Of a stretch of 64,000 nucleotides of DNA, positions 38,701 through 50,280 are shown in pieces; within the stretch, counting starts at the first letter, position 1, and each line of letters begins with the position of its first letter. A model generated the notes under the pieces. The model searched no databases and had not been told where the DNA came from. It worked only from the letters and a program-made list of their open reading frames with translations. This stretch comes from Macrostomum hystrix (taxonomy: Eukaryota; Animalia; Platyhelminthes): assembly GCA_950097015.1 (NCBI GenBank), contig CATNEN010000008.1, positions 2,914,001 through 2,978,000 on the forward strand, written 5' to 3'. The position numbers were made by a program, and so were the translations under genes.

Positions 38701-40912
38701 GAGACAGTGGAGTGCCAGTAGAGACAGTTGAGTGCCAGTAGAGTCAGTGGAGAGCCAGTAGAGACAGTGGAGTGCCAGTGGAGACAGTGGAGTGCCAGTA
38801 GAGTCAGTGGAGTGCCAGTAGAGACAGTGGAGTGCCAGTAGAGACAGTGGAGTGACATTAGAGACAGTTGAGTGCCAGTAGAGTCAGTGGAGTGCCAGTG
38901 GAGTCAGTGGAGTGACAGTGGAGACAGTGGAGTGACAGTAGAGACAGTGGAGTGCCAGTAGAGTCAGTGGAGTGCCAGTAGAGACAGTTGAGTGCCAGTA
39001 GAGTCAGTGGAGTGCCAGTGGAGTCAGTGGAGTGACAGTGGAGACAGTGGAGTGACAGTGGAGACAGTGGAGTGACAGTAGAGACAGTGGAGTGCCACTA
39101 GAGACAGTGGAGTGCCAGTGGAGTCAGTGGAGTGCCAGTGGAGTCAGTGGAGTGACAGTGGAGACAGTGGAGTGACAGTAGAGTCAGTGGAGTGCCAGTA
39201 GAGACAGTGGAGTGCCAGTAGAGTCAGTGGAGTGCCAGTAGAGACAGTGGAGTGCCAGTAGAGACAGTGGAGTGACATTAGAGACAGTTGAGTGCCAGTA
39301 GAGTCAGTGGAGTGCCAGTGGAGTCAGTGGAGTGACAGTGGAGACAGTGGAGTGACAATAGAGACAGTGGAGTGCCACTAGAGACAGTGGAGTGACAGTA
39401 GAGACATAGACCCTTTCTAAGAGACTTAGTTTGCTCTAATTAACTGTGCAAAAAATATTTTTAATGCATGTTTTTTACGTTTGCAGTTAAGCCCGTCGAT
39501 TGTAATTTTTTAAGCCAGCCTTGAGTTTCTGATTGGGCAATCACTGTCGAATCGTTTTTTTCAAAGGCGTACACAATTCCGGAGAACGAGTGTGACCCAG
39601 AGTACAAGGAGAACTTTCCACTGAAAATTGTCACCGGCCTATTCAACTTCTACATACCCCTGTCCGTGATGTACGTACTGTACGGACGAATCTTCAAGGA
39701 GATACGGAAGCGAACCCATCTAGAGGAGAAGTTTCACAGCGCCAACCAGAAGTCAGCAGCAGCAGCAGCAGCAGCAGCCAGAGTCGCCGAGATGCCTACG
39801 TCCAATGGGAAGACAGGAATCAGCCCACTGGTACGTTTTTACGAGCTAGATTTCAAATACCTACTAATCCAACCTATTCTGTGTTCGCAAATCAATACAA
39901 TTATTGATATTCACGAGGGGGCTTTGGCATTGACACGTCATTTAGCGAGAGTAGACCCGCAGTCAGCGAGAAGGAAATTCTGCCCATTCCGCTGACTCCT
40001 GAGCACACGACACGCACGCACACAGATACTGTCTATATGCGCAGCAGGCCTTGAATTTCTCATCGTCAGGCAGTGTACACCCTCAACATGCGTTGCATAG
40101 GGAGGTTGGTTGATCATTGGTCATTGATCAACAATCTAGCAAAAGCATTCTCATCGAGAATCGGGCCCTCTGCAACTCTGCCTTCCTGCTCGAACTTACT
40201 TTGTCAGGCGGCGAAAGTCGTCCCCGGGGTCGATAGCGCCGCCAGTTCAGCAGCGACCGTTGCCACCGAGGGCCGGCGCTCGCACACCGAGTACATCTAC
40301 GACGAATCGATCATCGACTGTCAGACTGAGCGGGTGCGGCCGCTGCTGGTCAGGGCTCCCTGCAGCAGCCTGCGGTACAGCTGCAACCGCTGCTTCCCTC
40401 CTGAGCCGCAGCCGCCGCCTCCGTTCTCCAACTCTCCTCAGTCCAGAGATGAAATTATCATAGAAACTGTAGCCATAACGACCGTTGCCATGGAGACAGC
40501 GACTACGACCACCGTCGGTGCCGACGCTGCAGGCAGCAGCTTCAAGCGCAGCAACTCGTTGAAGAAGGACATCAAAGCAGTCCGGCAGCTGGGCGTCATC
40601 ATGGGCGCCTTCACCGCCTGCTTCCTGCCCTACTTTGTCATCTTCGTGGTTGTCGCCTTCTGCTCCGACTGCATCAGCGGCGTCCTCATGCTGGCGCTGA
40701 CCTGGGTGGGCTACGCCAACTCCACCCTGAACCCGGCTCTCTACCCGCTCTGCAACCACACTTTTCGTCGGAAATTTCGTTCGATACTTCGGTTGGACGA
40801 TTCTTCGGCTTCGGCGGGGCCCGCGAGGGGCGCCATTGCCATGAGCGTTGCGGCTCGCCATTCGGGAAGTCAGCTGAAGGTCAGGCGGCGCGCCACTGCC
40901 GGTCTCAGCTGA
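32713..40912 (+). CDS. HRH1: Histamine H1-like rhodopsin-family aminergic GPCR, 5 coding exons, ~498 aa
   Basis: Exons 32713-32904, 34713-34810, 37235-37472, 39567-39830 and 40208-40912, all GT-AG with compatible phases (0, 2, 0, 0). Motifs: GNALV (TM1), SLAVAD (TM2), VDFTASTAS and DRY (TM3), KIVTGLFNFYIP (TM5), QLGVIMGAF..CFLPYF (TM6), WVGYANSTLNPALYPLCN (TM7), closely resembling vertebrate HRH1. The symbol means homolog only. Confidence 0.88.
33050..33515. repeat. 20-bp minisatellite (AGAGACAATGGAGTGACAGT) in GPCR intron 1
   Basis: About 23 tandem copies. Confidence 0.93.
34831..36654. repeat. 21-bp minisatellite (CACTGTCAGACTGATTGCAGT) in GPCR intron 2
   Basis: About 87 tandem copies starting ~20 bp after the splice donor; source of the spurious 600+ aa ORFs. 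Confidence 0.96.
37535..37680. repeat. ~27-bp tandem repeat (CACTTCGAGGCGTCATCGGGGTGAGCA) in GPCR intron 3
   Basis: About 5 imperfect copies. Confidence 0.8.
38533..39408. repeat. 20-bp minisatellite (AGAGACAGTGGAGTGCCAGT) in GPCR intron 3, same family as 33050-33515
   Basis: About 43 tandem copies. Confidence 0.95.
39920..40100 (-). mobile_element. SINE family B fragment in GPCR intron 4
   Basis: GCAGTCAGCGAGAAGGAAATTCTGCCCATTCCGCTGACTCCTGAGCACAC matches 16020-16075. Confidence 0.65.
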
Positions 40913-41233
40913 AGGTCAGGCGGCGCGCCACTGCCGGTCTCAGCTGAAGGTCAGGCGGCGCGCCACTGCCGGTCTCAGCTGAAGGTCAGGCGGCGCGCCA
41001 CTGCAGGTCTCAGCTGAAGGTCAGGCGGCGCGCCACTGCCGGTCTCAGCTGAAGGTCAGGCGGCGCGCCACTGCCGGTCTCAGCTGAAGGTCAGGCGGCG
41101 CGCCACTGCAGGTCTCAGCTGAAGGTCAGGCGGCGCGCCACTGCCGGTCTCAGCTGAAGGTCAGGCGGCGCGCCACTGCCGGTCTCAGCTGAAGGTCAGG
41201 CGGCGCGCCACTGCCGGTCTCAGCTGAAGGTCA
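40871..41233. repeat. 35-bp minisatellite (CAGCTGAAGGTCAGGCGGCGCGCCACTGCCGGTCT) overlapping the GPCR stop codon
   Basis: 10 full copies plus a partial copy, nearly identical. Confidence 0.95.
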
Positions 41234-41417
41234 CACTTTCAATCAGGATTTTAGATAGATTATATAACTTTCCTGTTTGGAAGTTAATCATTTTTTTATT
41301 TGAAAACTTTAATTATTACGTAATTGTCGTATTTAACTCAATTAAATCAAAGTAATTGTTGCTTGTTTTATATCAAACTCAATTAGTTTCGTTATTTTTT
41401 AAGTCGAATCAATGAGA

Positions 41418-41520
41418 CTGGTTGTAGTCCAGAGCTTCTGGCTTCGGTGCGAGAGGTCAGAGAGGTCATGAGTTCGAATCTTAGACTAGGGAAACAATCT
41501 GTGTCCTCGAGCAAGATAAT
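41418..41520 (+). mobile_element. SINE family A 5' fragment
   Basis: GTTGTAGTCC...GAGTTCGAATC...GAAACAATCTGTGTCCTCGAGCAAGA matches the tRNA head and the start of the central domain of 12113-12420. Confidence 0.6.
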
Positions 41521-42204
41521 CAATGGGCCATTGCTTTAGTGTCAGCATTTGTTTGAGTAGGAGGTTTGTGTACGTATGCTGGCCTCAAAGTCCACGGACC
41601 GAGCAACAGTACGTAATAAATAGAATTTTCAATTCCTCGACTTTTTCTATCTAGTCGACCTTTTTCGAAAAGGTTTCTGCAGTTACGTAACATCCATATT
41701 ATTACATTTCTTACTTGGCCTTTCACTGAAATCCTATGTCACGCTTCCCAACCACCCCCAAGTTGACAAGGATTAGTCAAGACGGCCTCATTCTTACATT
41801 ACCGCCTACATTTAATTTAATTAGTCCTGAGTCGCAGGACTCATAGGCAGAGAATAATCCGAAAGAAAAAGATTTTCAGTCTTGGAGCAGCTGGGAAAAC
41901 AAAGTGAAGTTTTCATTGGGACAAAATATAGTATTGGCCAACCATAAAAAATCCTCAATTTAATTGGAAAGATCAAGCAAGATACTTTATCTCAGAATCC
42001 CGACTCCGCTCCCATGAATTTGACCGCCCGGCACCAGGTGTGGAACAGTATGAGCTCAATTAAATCTGCGGCTTAAACTAATCCCCGTTGTATAATACCG
42101 AATTTTTTCAGTGTCTTTGCTTAACATCGAAGTAAAATTTCTGTATAATGTGAGACACTTATTTGTTACATTAAATTTCATTCTTTTACATTATATTATA
42201 TTCA

Positions 42205-43230
42205 GTTTTATTCTATTCCATTTCATTCCATTCCATTCCATTCCATTCCATTTCATTCCATTCCATTCCATTCCATTCCATTCCATTTCATTCCATTTCA
42301 TTCCATTCCATTCCATTCCATTTCATTCCATTCCATTCCATTCCATTCCATTCAATTCCATTCAATTCCATTCAATTCCATTCCATTTCATTCAATTATA
42401 TTCAATTCCATTCCATTCCATTCAATTATATTCAATTCGATTCCATTCCATTCAATTATATTCAATTCCATTCCATTCAATTCCATTCGATTCCATTCCA
42501 TTCCATTCAATTATATTCAATTACATTCCATTCCATTCAATTCCAATTAATTTCATTCAATTCCATTCGATTCCATTCAATTCCATTCAATTCCATTCAA
42601 TTCCATTCAATTCCATTCAATTCCAATCGATTCCATTCAATTCCATTCAATTCCATTCAATTCCATTCCATTCCATTCAATTCCATTCAATTCCATTCAG
42701 GTCCATTCAATTCCATTCAATTCCATTCGATTCCATTCAATTCCATGCGATTCCATTCGATTCCATTCAATTCCATTCAATTCCATTCAATTCCATTCAA
42801 TTCCATTCAATTCCATTCCATTCCATTCAATTCCATTCAATTCCATTCAATTCCATTCCATTCCATTCAATTCCATTCAATTCCATTCAATTCCATTCAA
42901 TTCCATTCCATTCCATTCAATTCCATTCAATTCCATTCAATTCCATTCAGGTCCATTCAATTCCATTCAATTCCATTCGATTCCATTCAATTCCATGCAA
43001 TTCCATTCGATTCCATTCAATTCCATTCCATTCCATTCCATTCCATTCAATTCCATTCCATTCAATTACATTTAATTACATTCAATTCCATTCTATTCCA
43101 TTCAATTCCATTCCATTCAATTCCATTCCATTCCATTCCATTCAATTCCATTCCATTCAATTCCATTCAATTCCATTTAATTCCATTCAATTCCATTCCA
43201 TTCCATTCAATTCCAATTAATTCCATTCAA
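42205..43230. repeat. (ATTCC/ATTCA)n pentanucleotide satellite
   Basis: About 1 kb of TTCCA/TTCAA units. Confidence 0.95.
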
Positions 43231-43654
43231 GTCAACATTATTCAATTTTGTTCTATTTCAGAGTGAACTTTAATTGTGTTTATTCCAATCTACTCACTCA
43301 CGTTTATACTTTGTTTACAGAATTCAAAATAACTTTTCCTTCCCCAAAAGTTACACAATACTGTGACACAATACTGCCAACTCATAACTGCCTGCTTATG
43401 TGTGTGAGTAGCAAGAATAGCAAATTCTTTTTCTTACAGAAACTTTCGTTTCTAATTTCGTTTGAAAGTCACCCAAAAACGTTACTGCAAACGAAAGAAA
43501 GAATGCGGTGTCCTAGCTCGTACATTTTTGGTTTGTTCGCCTATTTAACATTCAGTTGTGCATTGTTGGCGAGCTCGTTTCGTTAAGGCTTGACCGCTGT
43601 TAGTTTCTAAGAATGGAAGAATTTAGGGGTAGAGTAGATTAGTGTGGTATCGAA

Positions 43655-43830
43655 GGAAGAATTTAAGCGTCATGGTAAATTGGTCGGGTATTGAAGGAAG
43701 GATTTATGAGGTTCGGTAAACTGGTCGGGTATCGAAGGAATGATTTAGAGGTTCGGTAAATTGGTCGGGTATCGAAGGAAGGATTTAGAGGTTAGGGTAA
43801 ATTAGTCGGGTATCGAAGGAAGGATTTTGC
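43655..43830. repeat. ~40-bp tandem repeat (GGTCGGGTATCGAAGGAAGGATTTAGAGGTTCGGTAAATT)
   Basis: About 4 imperfect copies. Confidence 0.8.
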
Positions 43831-44299
43831 TGAAGTGTAGACAGCTGAGGTATTAAATGAGACACAGTAGGATCACCCTTAAAATTCGGGTATGGCAAAA
43901 CCATGTGTTAAATGATTTCCTAAAAAATTACAGCAGAAACTGATAATCGGAAGAAGAGATTAGACATCGCACCATACGCACAGGGTGAAAATACCATTGC
44001 CTATGAAACTTATATTAGCTCGCTTTACCACTTGTATTTTACAATTTCAAGACTTTATATGTGCACTGTGACCAGATAAAGCATTGTAAGTACTATACCA
44101 CGAGTCATTTTTAATGCCGTTTGATACAATCCACATTAACACATGTAACTGACTCGAGCGTAAGTGCATAAGTACATCGGATACCATTGAAAGCAATCAG
44201 TTAAAGAGCAAAAATGTTATAAGATCTGGGACTTTGCTGACGAATTGTTGCCGAACCACCAGAGTTGGCCACTGAGTTGAGGTCTGATTAGGTAGCAGT

Positions 44300-46027
44300 T
44301 TAAGCCGTGGCATTCAGATCGCACTCGATAAAGACAGGCGTGCAGCCTACCGCGAACTGTCCGCCAATCTCCTGGCAGTTCTCCGCTCTCTGCGAGCCGG
44401 CGTCTTCGTCCATAAGGCGCAGAGTTGTAGTCGCCGTGGCTGTGGGCTTGGGCCCAGCCCGGTCGGCGAGGCGGCCGCGGCCACGCCCGCGCTCCGCGCC
44501 CTTTCGCAGGCGCGGCTTGGGACGCTGCGGCCGAAGCCACCGCCGCCACGCCAGCAGGCTGAGCCCTGGGAACGCCAGCGCCAAACCGAGCGCGATGAGA
44601 ACCCACTGGCTCCAGGTAGCCGCTTGAATCGGAGTGAGCAGGTGCCGACGGAACAGAGCGGCCTTGCCCGGCTCAATTCGGGCGCTCTCGTTAAGCCACA
44701 TCAGCGGCATCAGCAGCAGCGAGGCGTTAAGTTTATCGGTCTGGTCGAAGCCCTCCACGCGTTGAAACAGAACGCTGGTCTGCATTTTACGTTGCGCGCC
44801 CAAGACGAAGCCGGTGTTGGGCTCGACGCTGACTTCAGTTTCCATGTCCTGCGTGGGGTTCAGGCCGTTTACCGTGGTCTGATACGTCGGCGCTCCAAAA
44901 AAATGCGGCGACGACACGACAATGGGGATTCCGTCCTGGCAGGCGGTGATGTTCAGCACGCCGGTGTCCATGCAGTTCGGCTGGCAGAAGGCTTGATTTG
45001 GCGGCCACAAGGTGGCATTCATCAGCAGCTCCGGCGGTGGGCGGAAGCGGAGGACCGGTATGCCCTCAATCGTGTGCGACCCATTGTACACTAAGTCTAT
45101 GGGCCTGCAGATGTCCGGCACGAACAGGGTTAGTCGGTCGCTGGGCCTCACGGGTGGAGGGAACATACTACCGTCAGTTCCGGAAATCTGGTTGGCCCAG
45201 TCCTGGCTCCACAGACTGAGCTGGTCGGCACCTTTCCATCGTTCCACCCGGTTGAAATGAGCCAGGTTGGCGCTGCCGGTGTTCACAAGCATAAGGCCCT
45301 TGTCAGTGTCGTTCTGTCCTACGAACAGACCAGTGGTGGACTGGAACGGCTGGCCCAATGTCTTCATCAACGCATCGAGTCTGGTGAGCGCCGGATCCCG
45401 GTAGCCCAGCAGAATCTCCCTGGCTGTTCGGGTGACGAACAAGCCACCGCTGTAGGTTTTCAGGTAAGTATTAATGATTTTGCGCAAGAAAATCGAACTA
45501 TAGCGCATCCGAAAGCTAGTCACAATGTACGGCATGTTTACTGATGTCACTGTAAAGTTTGACAGCTCGCCAATAGACAGGTCTGGTCGAAAATTGTAGC
45601 GGAAAAACTCTCTAAAGGACACGGTGCCATTGTCGTGAAAGTGGATATCGCGCTTCTGCCTGGCCTCTATAAAGGTGAACGGACCAAGCTGCTGTAGGGC
45701 GGGTGCGGCCCCTTCAGACACGATCGCATGCGGGTTCGTGACGTTGAACAGCCATACCTGGAAGTAGATCTCGTTTGGCACCTTCTCCCAGCCCTGGTAG
45801 GACATGGAGCCGTTGGCTAGGGGCATCAGCGTCTTCAGATGCTCACTGAATGCTCTATCGAAGCCCAGCGCGATGGCTGCTCCAACGCCGATGCAAATCA
45901 CGGCGGAGGCTACGCACACACCGAAGCAGCAACGTCGCTGGCAGCGGGCGCGGCGAAATCGACGACTCGACGTCCTAGTGCCATCGCTGCTGGCTGTGGT
46001 GGAACTGGAAGTGCTCTCAGAGTGCAT
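44300..46027 (-). CDS. CD36 family scavenger receptor class B (SCARB1/LIMP-2-like), single exon, ~575 aa
   Basis: First ATG at 46027. N-terminal TM, then YFQVWLFNVTNP, LQQLGPFTFIE, SGTDGSMFPP, LFVPDICR, SSPHFFG and EPNTGFVL motifs, and a C-terminal TM. Confidence 0.93.
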   Translation of the reverse strand: MHSESTSSSTTASSDGTRTSSRRFRRARCQRRCCFGVCVASAVICIGVGAAIALGFDRAFSEHLKTLMPLANGSMSYQGWEKVPNEIYFQVWLFNVTNPHAIVSEGAAPALQQLGPFTFIEARQKRDIHFHDNGTVSFREFFRYNFRPDLSIGELSNFTVTSVNMPYIVTSFRMRYSSIFLRKIINTYLKTYSGGLFVTRTAREILLGYRDPALTRLDALMKTLGQPFQSTTGLFVGQNDTDKGLMLVNTGSANLAHFNRVERWKGADQLSLWSQDWANQISGTDGSMFPPPVRPSDRLTLFVPDICRPIDLVYNGSHTIEGIPVLRFRPPPELLMNATLWPPNQAFCQPNCMDTGVLNITACQDGIPIVVSSPHFFGAPTYQTTVNGLNPTQDMETEVSVEPNTGFVLGAQRKMQTSVLFQRVEGFDQTDKLNASLLLMPLMWLNESARIEPGKAALFRRHLLTPIQAATWSQWVLIALGLALAFPGLSLLAWRRWLRPQRPKPRLRKGAERGRGRGRLADRAGPKPTATATTTLRLMDEDAGSQRAENCQEIGGQFAVGCTPVFIECDLNATA

Positions 46028-47529
46028 GGCCACCTCGAACTTGTCTGATCTGGCTGTAGCTGAGGAACAGTGTTTCAAGGTGCACCAAATTGAAAATTTT
46101 ACCTGCCCACTTAAAAATAGAGCAGCTAAAACACTTGGTAGCGGATTGGATTCGCTTTGTCTTTTGCTCTCTAGCTGTCCCTTATTATCTCTGGCTAATG
46201 TCAATTTTTGCTTTTTATAATATTTTCCGTTTGTCTTTTCCTTTCGTCTCTATTTTAAAGAAGACTATTGTGAAAGAAGCGAGTGTCTAAAATAAAATAT
46301 GCAACATTGCGAGGCTGAGTCAAGCATAAAAATAGTCTTCGCTAAACAAGCAACCTGGCCTCAGACTGGGGTTAGCAATAAAACAATAAAGCCGAAGAAT
46401 TGAGTGCTAGCTGCGATGTATAGAGATTCGCTCTAACTTAGGAGGGCCTTTGCATGTTTAGCATACCTGTTTAGATAGCTTCTAGCCCTGCCAACTTTGA
46501 ACTGGGTGACTAGTTTCATTTTAGCACAGCCCAGCCAGCGCAGCTTGTCAAACTCAATCACAAGTTTTGTTTCGCATTCTGAACTCAAGTTCAATCTCGA
46601 GAATGTTGGGAAAGCTAGTTCAGGTAGTTCCGTGGATAGTTCAGGTACTGCATAACTAGCCTCAGCTACGTATTTCGCAGATGATTAAAACAAAGCAACA
46701 CTTACCAACAACAGTTGCGTTGAGTTGAACTTTCTTGTCGACTTCTTCAACTAAAAGCTTTTACAGGTATTTTATTGCAGCCTTAAATAAATGCTTCACG
46801 ACCGAGTTCAGTCTCCAGTGCGTCAGTACTAAAAACGAAAGTACTAAAGCCCACAGTAATAGTCGATAATCCCTGGGTTTCACGCGTAATCTTTCGTGCA
46901 AAATCCTGGATTATAGCTGCCGCCCGTGTGCCAATGTGGTGCTCAGAATTTTGAAGACTGCAACAGCTGCGCGTTGAATAGCATTGTGCTACATTTGTCC
47001 TCATTGTTAAAAGAAATAGTTCCCACTAATAGTTGTAGAGCATTGACTTCTAAGCAAAGCTTTTTACTGCATAAAAATACAGGAAAAATATAACTCTATA
47101 GACCTACCAGAGTTGGCAGACGGTCACATGGGCTATGGAAGTTTGCATCTAACGGGAAAAAAGTCACCGATACCGTGAATCAGCTAGAACCATGATCCAT
47201 TTTTTCTGTGGAACAAATGATTTGCTGTGCTTACTCTGCAGCTATTTACTATCAGAAGCTTGAGGGCAGTCTCCGCATGCAGCTTTAATTAAACAATTCG
47301 ATAACTGCCGGACTAGGTAGCACACATCACGGCTACTCAGTAAGGCACACTCAGTAAATAAACTCGCTGTGGACTCATTGTATACTATGATTACCCGACT
47401 GAGTATAAAACTTAGGAATCAATAGAGTCTGACAGACAGGGGTGCAGCTGCGATCAGGCGGTAGGCTGGACAGTGAGACAGTCACACGGAGAGAGAGTCA
47501 GACAGTGAGACAGTTAGACAGTCAGAGAG

Positions 47530-47751
47530 TCAGGCCGTGAGTCAGACAGTCAGTGAGTCAGGCCAGGGAGTCAGACAGTCAGTGAGTCAGGCCAGGGAGT
47601 CAGACAGTCAGTGAGTCAGGCCAGGGAGTCAGACAGTCAGTGAGTCAGGCCAGGGAGTCAGACAGTCAGTGAGTCAGGCCAGGGAGTCAGACAGTCAGTG
47701 AGTCAGGCCAGGGAGTCAGACAGTCAGTGAGTCAGGCCAGGGAGTCAGACC
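47530..47751. repeat. 29-bp minisatellite (GAGTCAGGCCAGGGAGTCAGACAGTCAGT) abutting the TRP-like ATG
   Basis: About 7 identical copies ending immediately before ATG 47752. Confidence 0.93.
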
Positions 47752-50224
47752 ATGTCAGAGCCGCTCAGTGTGGAGGCGAAGCTGGCAGTGATGGAGGCTG
47801 TTCGAGTCGACGACGCCAAGCAGCTGCAGCAGCTGCTGGAGCTGTACAGCCTGGATGCGGCTCTGGCAACGGATTTCGACGCTGATTTCGCCAGCGAGGT
47901 CGCCAAGTTCAGAGACGCTCGCCTGATTGAAACAAATTTGCAATGGAAATTTCAGCTCCACTTTTCTCGGCTAACCAGCGTCTGCGTTGTCTGCGGCGCG
48001 GCCCGCTGCTTCAACCTGGTTGCCATGCGGTTGCTAGGCTTTGGAAAGCAGGCATTCTTGAACGCCAATCAGTTGGAGCCGAACGGGGATAATTGTCTGC
48101 ACGTGGCAGCTAGATTGATCGGCTCTGGCGAAATCGATTCATACGGGAATCCATTGGCGGAGGCTGGAGTCCTGGCCTTTCTGGACGCCATCGAGAAGGA
48201 GGTGCTGCAAAGCGAGGCGTTCCAGGTGAAGATGCTGGCTTGACTACTTGCAGTAGGGTACCGAGGAGTTACATGAAAATATTGGATGAGGTTTTTACAT
48301 CAGAACTGACTGGAACTGGATGAGACATTGGCCAACTATAAGACTGGAGTGAGGGACTGACTTTGCTACTAACAGTGGATCAGGTAGTTAAAGTTTAGGA
48401 TCGTAGTGAAAGGCAGTGAAAGGGAATTAAGTGATTGGCGGAGCGATTTCATTCCCAACTCTCGCACCAGTGTTCGAATCCACGGCTAGACGACAAAAAT
48501 TTGAGGCGCAGCCGTGGAGAGGGCTTGGGAGCTTTTGTGTAATTTATGCACAACAGTGAGAGTGTACACTGCCTGACGATGCGGAACATGTGCAGTGCAC
48601 ATGTACACACCTGAGAGTGTGCCTGCTTACGCATCTGTGTATGCACGAGTGTGCTCAAAGGTCAGTGGAAGCTCGTACCATCGACATGGTTTCCATCGAC
48701 AAGAGCGTGCTGCGCGTATTCCATGCGCCCCAAGTTAAGCGGCTTCGACGCAGAATACAGCTCAGATCGAACCCTCGGAGCCACATGGACCGGCCAATCA
48801 CAACTCGCCCATTGCAGGCGATGTTTTCGCATCGCAACGTCTATCAGCAGTTGCCGCTGATGGAGGCCGACTTCAGCCAGGCCTACGCCGTGTTCAACTG
48901 GCTGCTGGAGTCCGACGCGAGCGTTTGCCGCGAGCTGCACCGGGACGCGCGCCGGCGCCTCCTGGAGATTCGGCTGGAGGCCGGCGGGCAGCTGGATGTC
49001 GACTACCTGGCCTGGTTCCCGGTGGTATTCGGCATCGGCCACCTGGCCGGCTATCACCGGGGCTGCGCCAGGTCGCCGGTGCTGGCAGCTCTGGGGCAGC
49101 GCCTGCTCAACCGGCACTGGTGGTGGCACGCGGCTTCCTGCGCATGGGACCTCGGCCTGCTGGCCTGCCTTCACGCGGTGGTCGCTCGCGGTGTTCAACT
49201 GCTGATGGTGGACTCTGACATGAGCCAGCGTCTGCGTCCAGGATTCCAGGTGGCCGCCTGGTCCCTGGTATCAGTCAGCCTCGCCGTTGACTGTCTGGAC
49301 GCCGCTTGGATGCTGCGGCTGATTTGCAAAACTGCGCGAAAATATCGCCAGGATTCGAACTACCGACCGTTGGTGAAGGCGGCAACTGACCGGCCTTTGT
49401 GAGTCCACTTTGTGAATCAGAGAACCGGAAGATTCCTGTGACCCAGGGGGGTAGAAGGCCTGGCAAAAAATAACTGAGAAAGTTTTCAATGCAGGGAAAT
49501 GGCATCTGAGCTGCTGCTGTTTTGCTACAACATGGAGTCCGTGAGCAACGTGGCATTCAGCCGCCTGGCCAACAGTCTGGGCATCGCCTGCCTCGCAGCT
49601 GGTCTGGCCTGGGACGATGGCAAGGCGGAGCACCTGGAAACTCGCAACAGTCTCATCGCCTGGTCCGCCTGCCTCCAGCTGCTGCACGTCATCGGTGCGT
49701 TCCTCTACCTGCCAGGTCTTGGCTACTACCTGCTGATGATTGTGAAGCAGGTGAAACTCACCTTCCTGGCCGCATTCTTTGTCCTGCCAGTGCTGGCAAC
49801 CTTCCAGCTGGTGGCCAGCCTGGCCAACTCCGGCATCCGGGATCTGGGAATTTTCGACTCGTTTGAGTATCTCATGGGCGTCAGATCCTTCACTGGGGAC
49901 GCACTGGTGGCTAAGAATCTAACACTGGCTGGCGAGACCGTCCAGCACATCGGCGTCCAATTCCGCCTGCTGGCCAGCCTGCTGTACTGCACCATCGCGG
50001 TGGTGATGCTCAACTTCTTGGTCGGCGTCATGTCCAAGCTGGTGTCGGACACCTACGAATTCAGGGAGACGATGCGGTCACTAAACCTGCTGCACAAGAG
50101 CTTGATCATGGAGTACAGGTGGCAGCTGATCGAGTCCCTGCTGCCGGCACCGCTGAGGAAGCGCTTCGGCTCTAAGGAGGAGCCCGTGATTTTTGTGCAA
50201 ATGCGCGGCAACCCTGCTGGTTGA
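47752..50224 (+). CDS. Divergent TRP-family (TRPV/TRPA-like) cation channel, 3 exons, ~594 aa (the 5' end may extend further)
   Basis: Exons 47752-48225, 48818-49398 and 49495-50224 (GT-AG, phases 0 and 2) give one 1785-nt frame. Ankyrin-like NGDNCLHVAA, about six hydrophobic segments, S4-S5 linker-like LPGLGYYLLMIVKQV, pore-helix-like FDSFEYLMG, S6 VVMLNFLVGVM, and post-S6 LIESLLPAPLRKRF. Confidence 0.75.
48430..48680 (+). mobile_element. SINE family B copy in TRP-like intron 1
   Basis: TGGCGGAGCGA and GTTCGAATCC boxes, then GCGCAGCCGTGGAGAGGGCTTGGG and GAGAGTGTACACTG, matching the other copies. Confidence 0.65.
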
Positions 50225-50280
50225 AGGCAGCCGCCATGTGGGCCTCATCCGATGGAAAAATATCACTCAGATGCAAACTT

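Noticed and set aside
42111-43266. FHSIP-repeat ORFs
   Set aside because: Translation of the (ATTCC)n satellite.
44300-46204. 634-aa version of the CD36-family ORF
   Set aside because: It uses a non-ATG start; the first ATG at 46027 gives the normal short cytoplasmic N-terminus before TM1.
48590-48817. N-terminus of the 270-aa ORF
   Set aside because: It starts inside a SINE in the intron; the real exon begins at acceptor 48817/48818.
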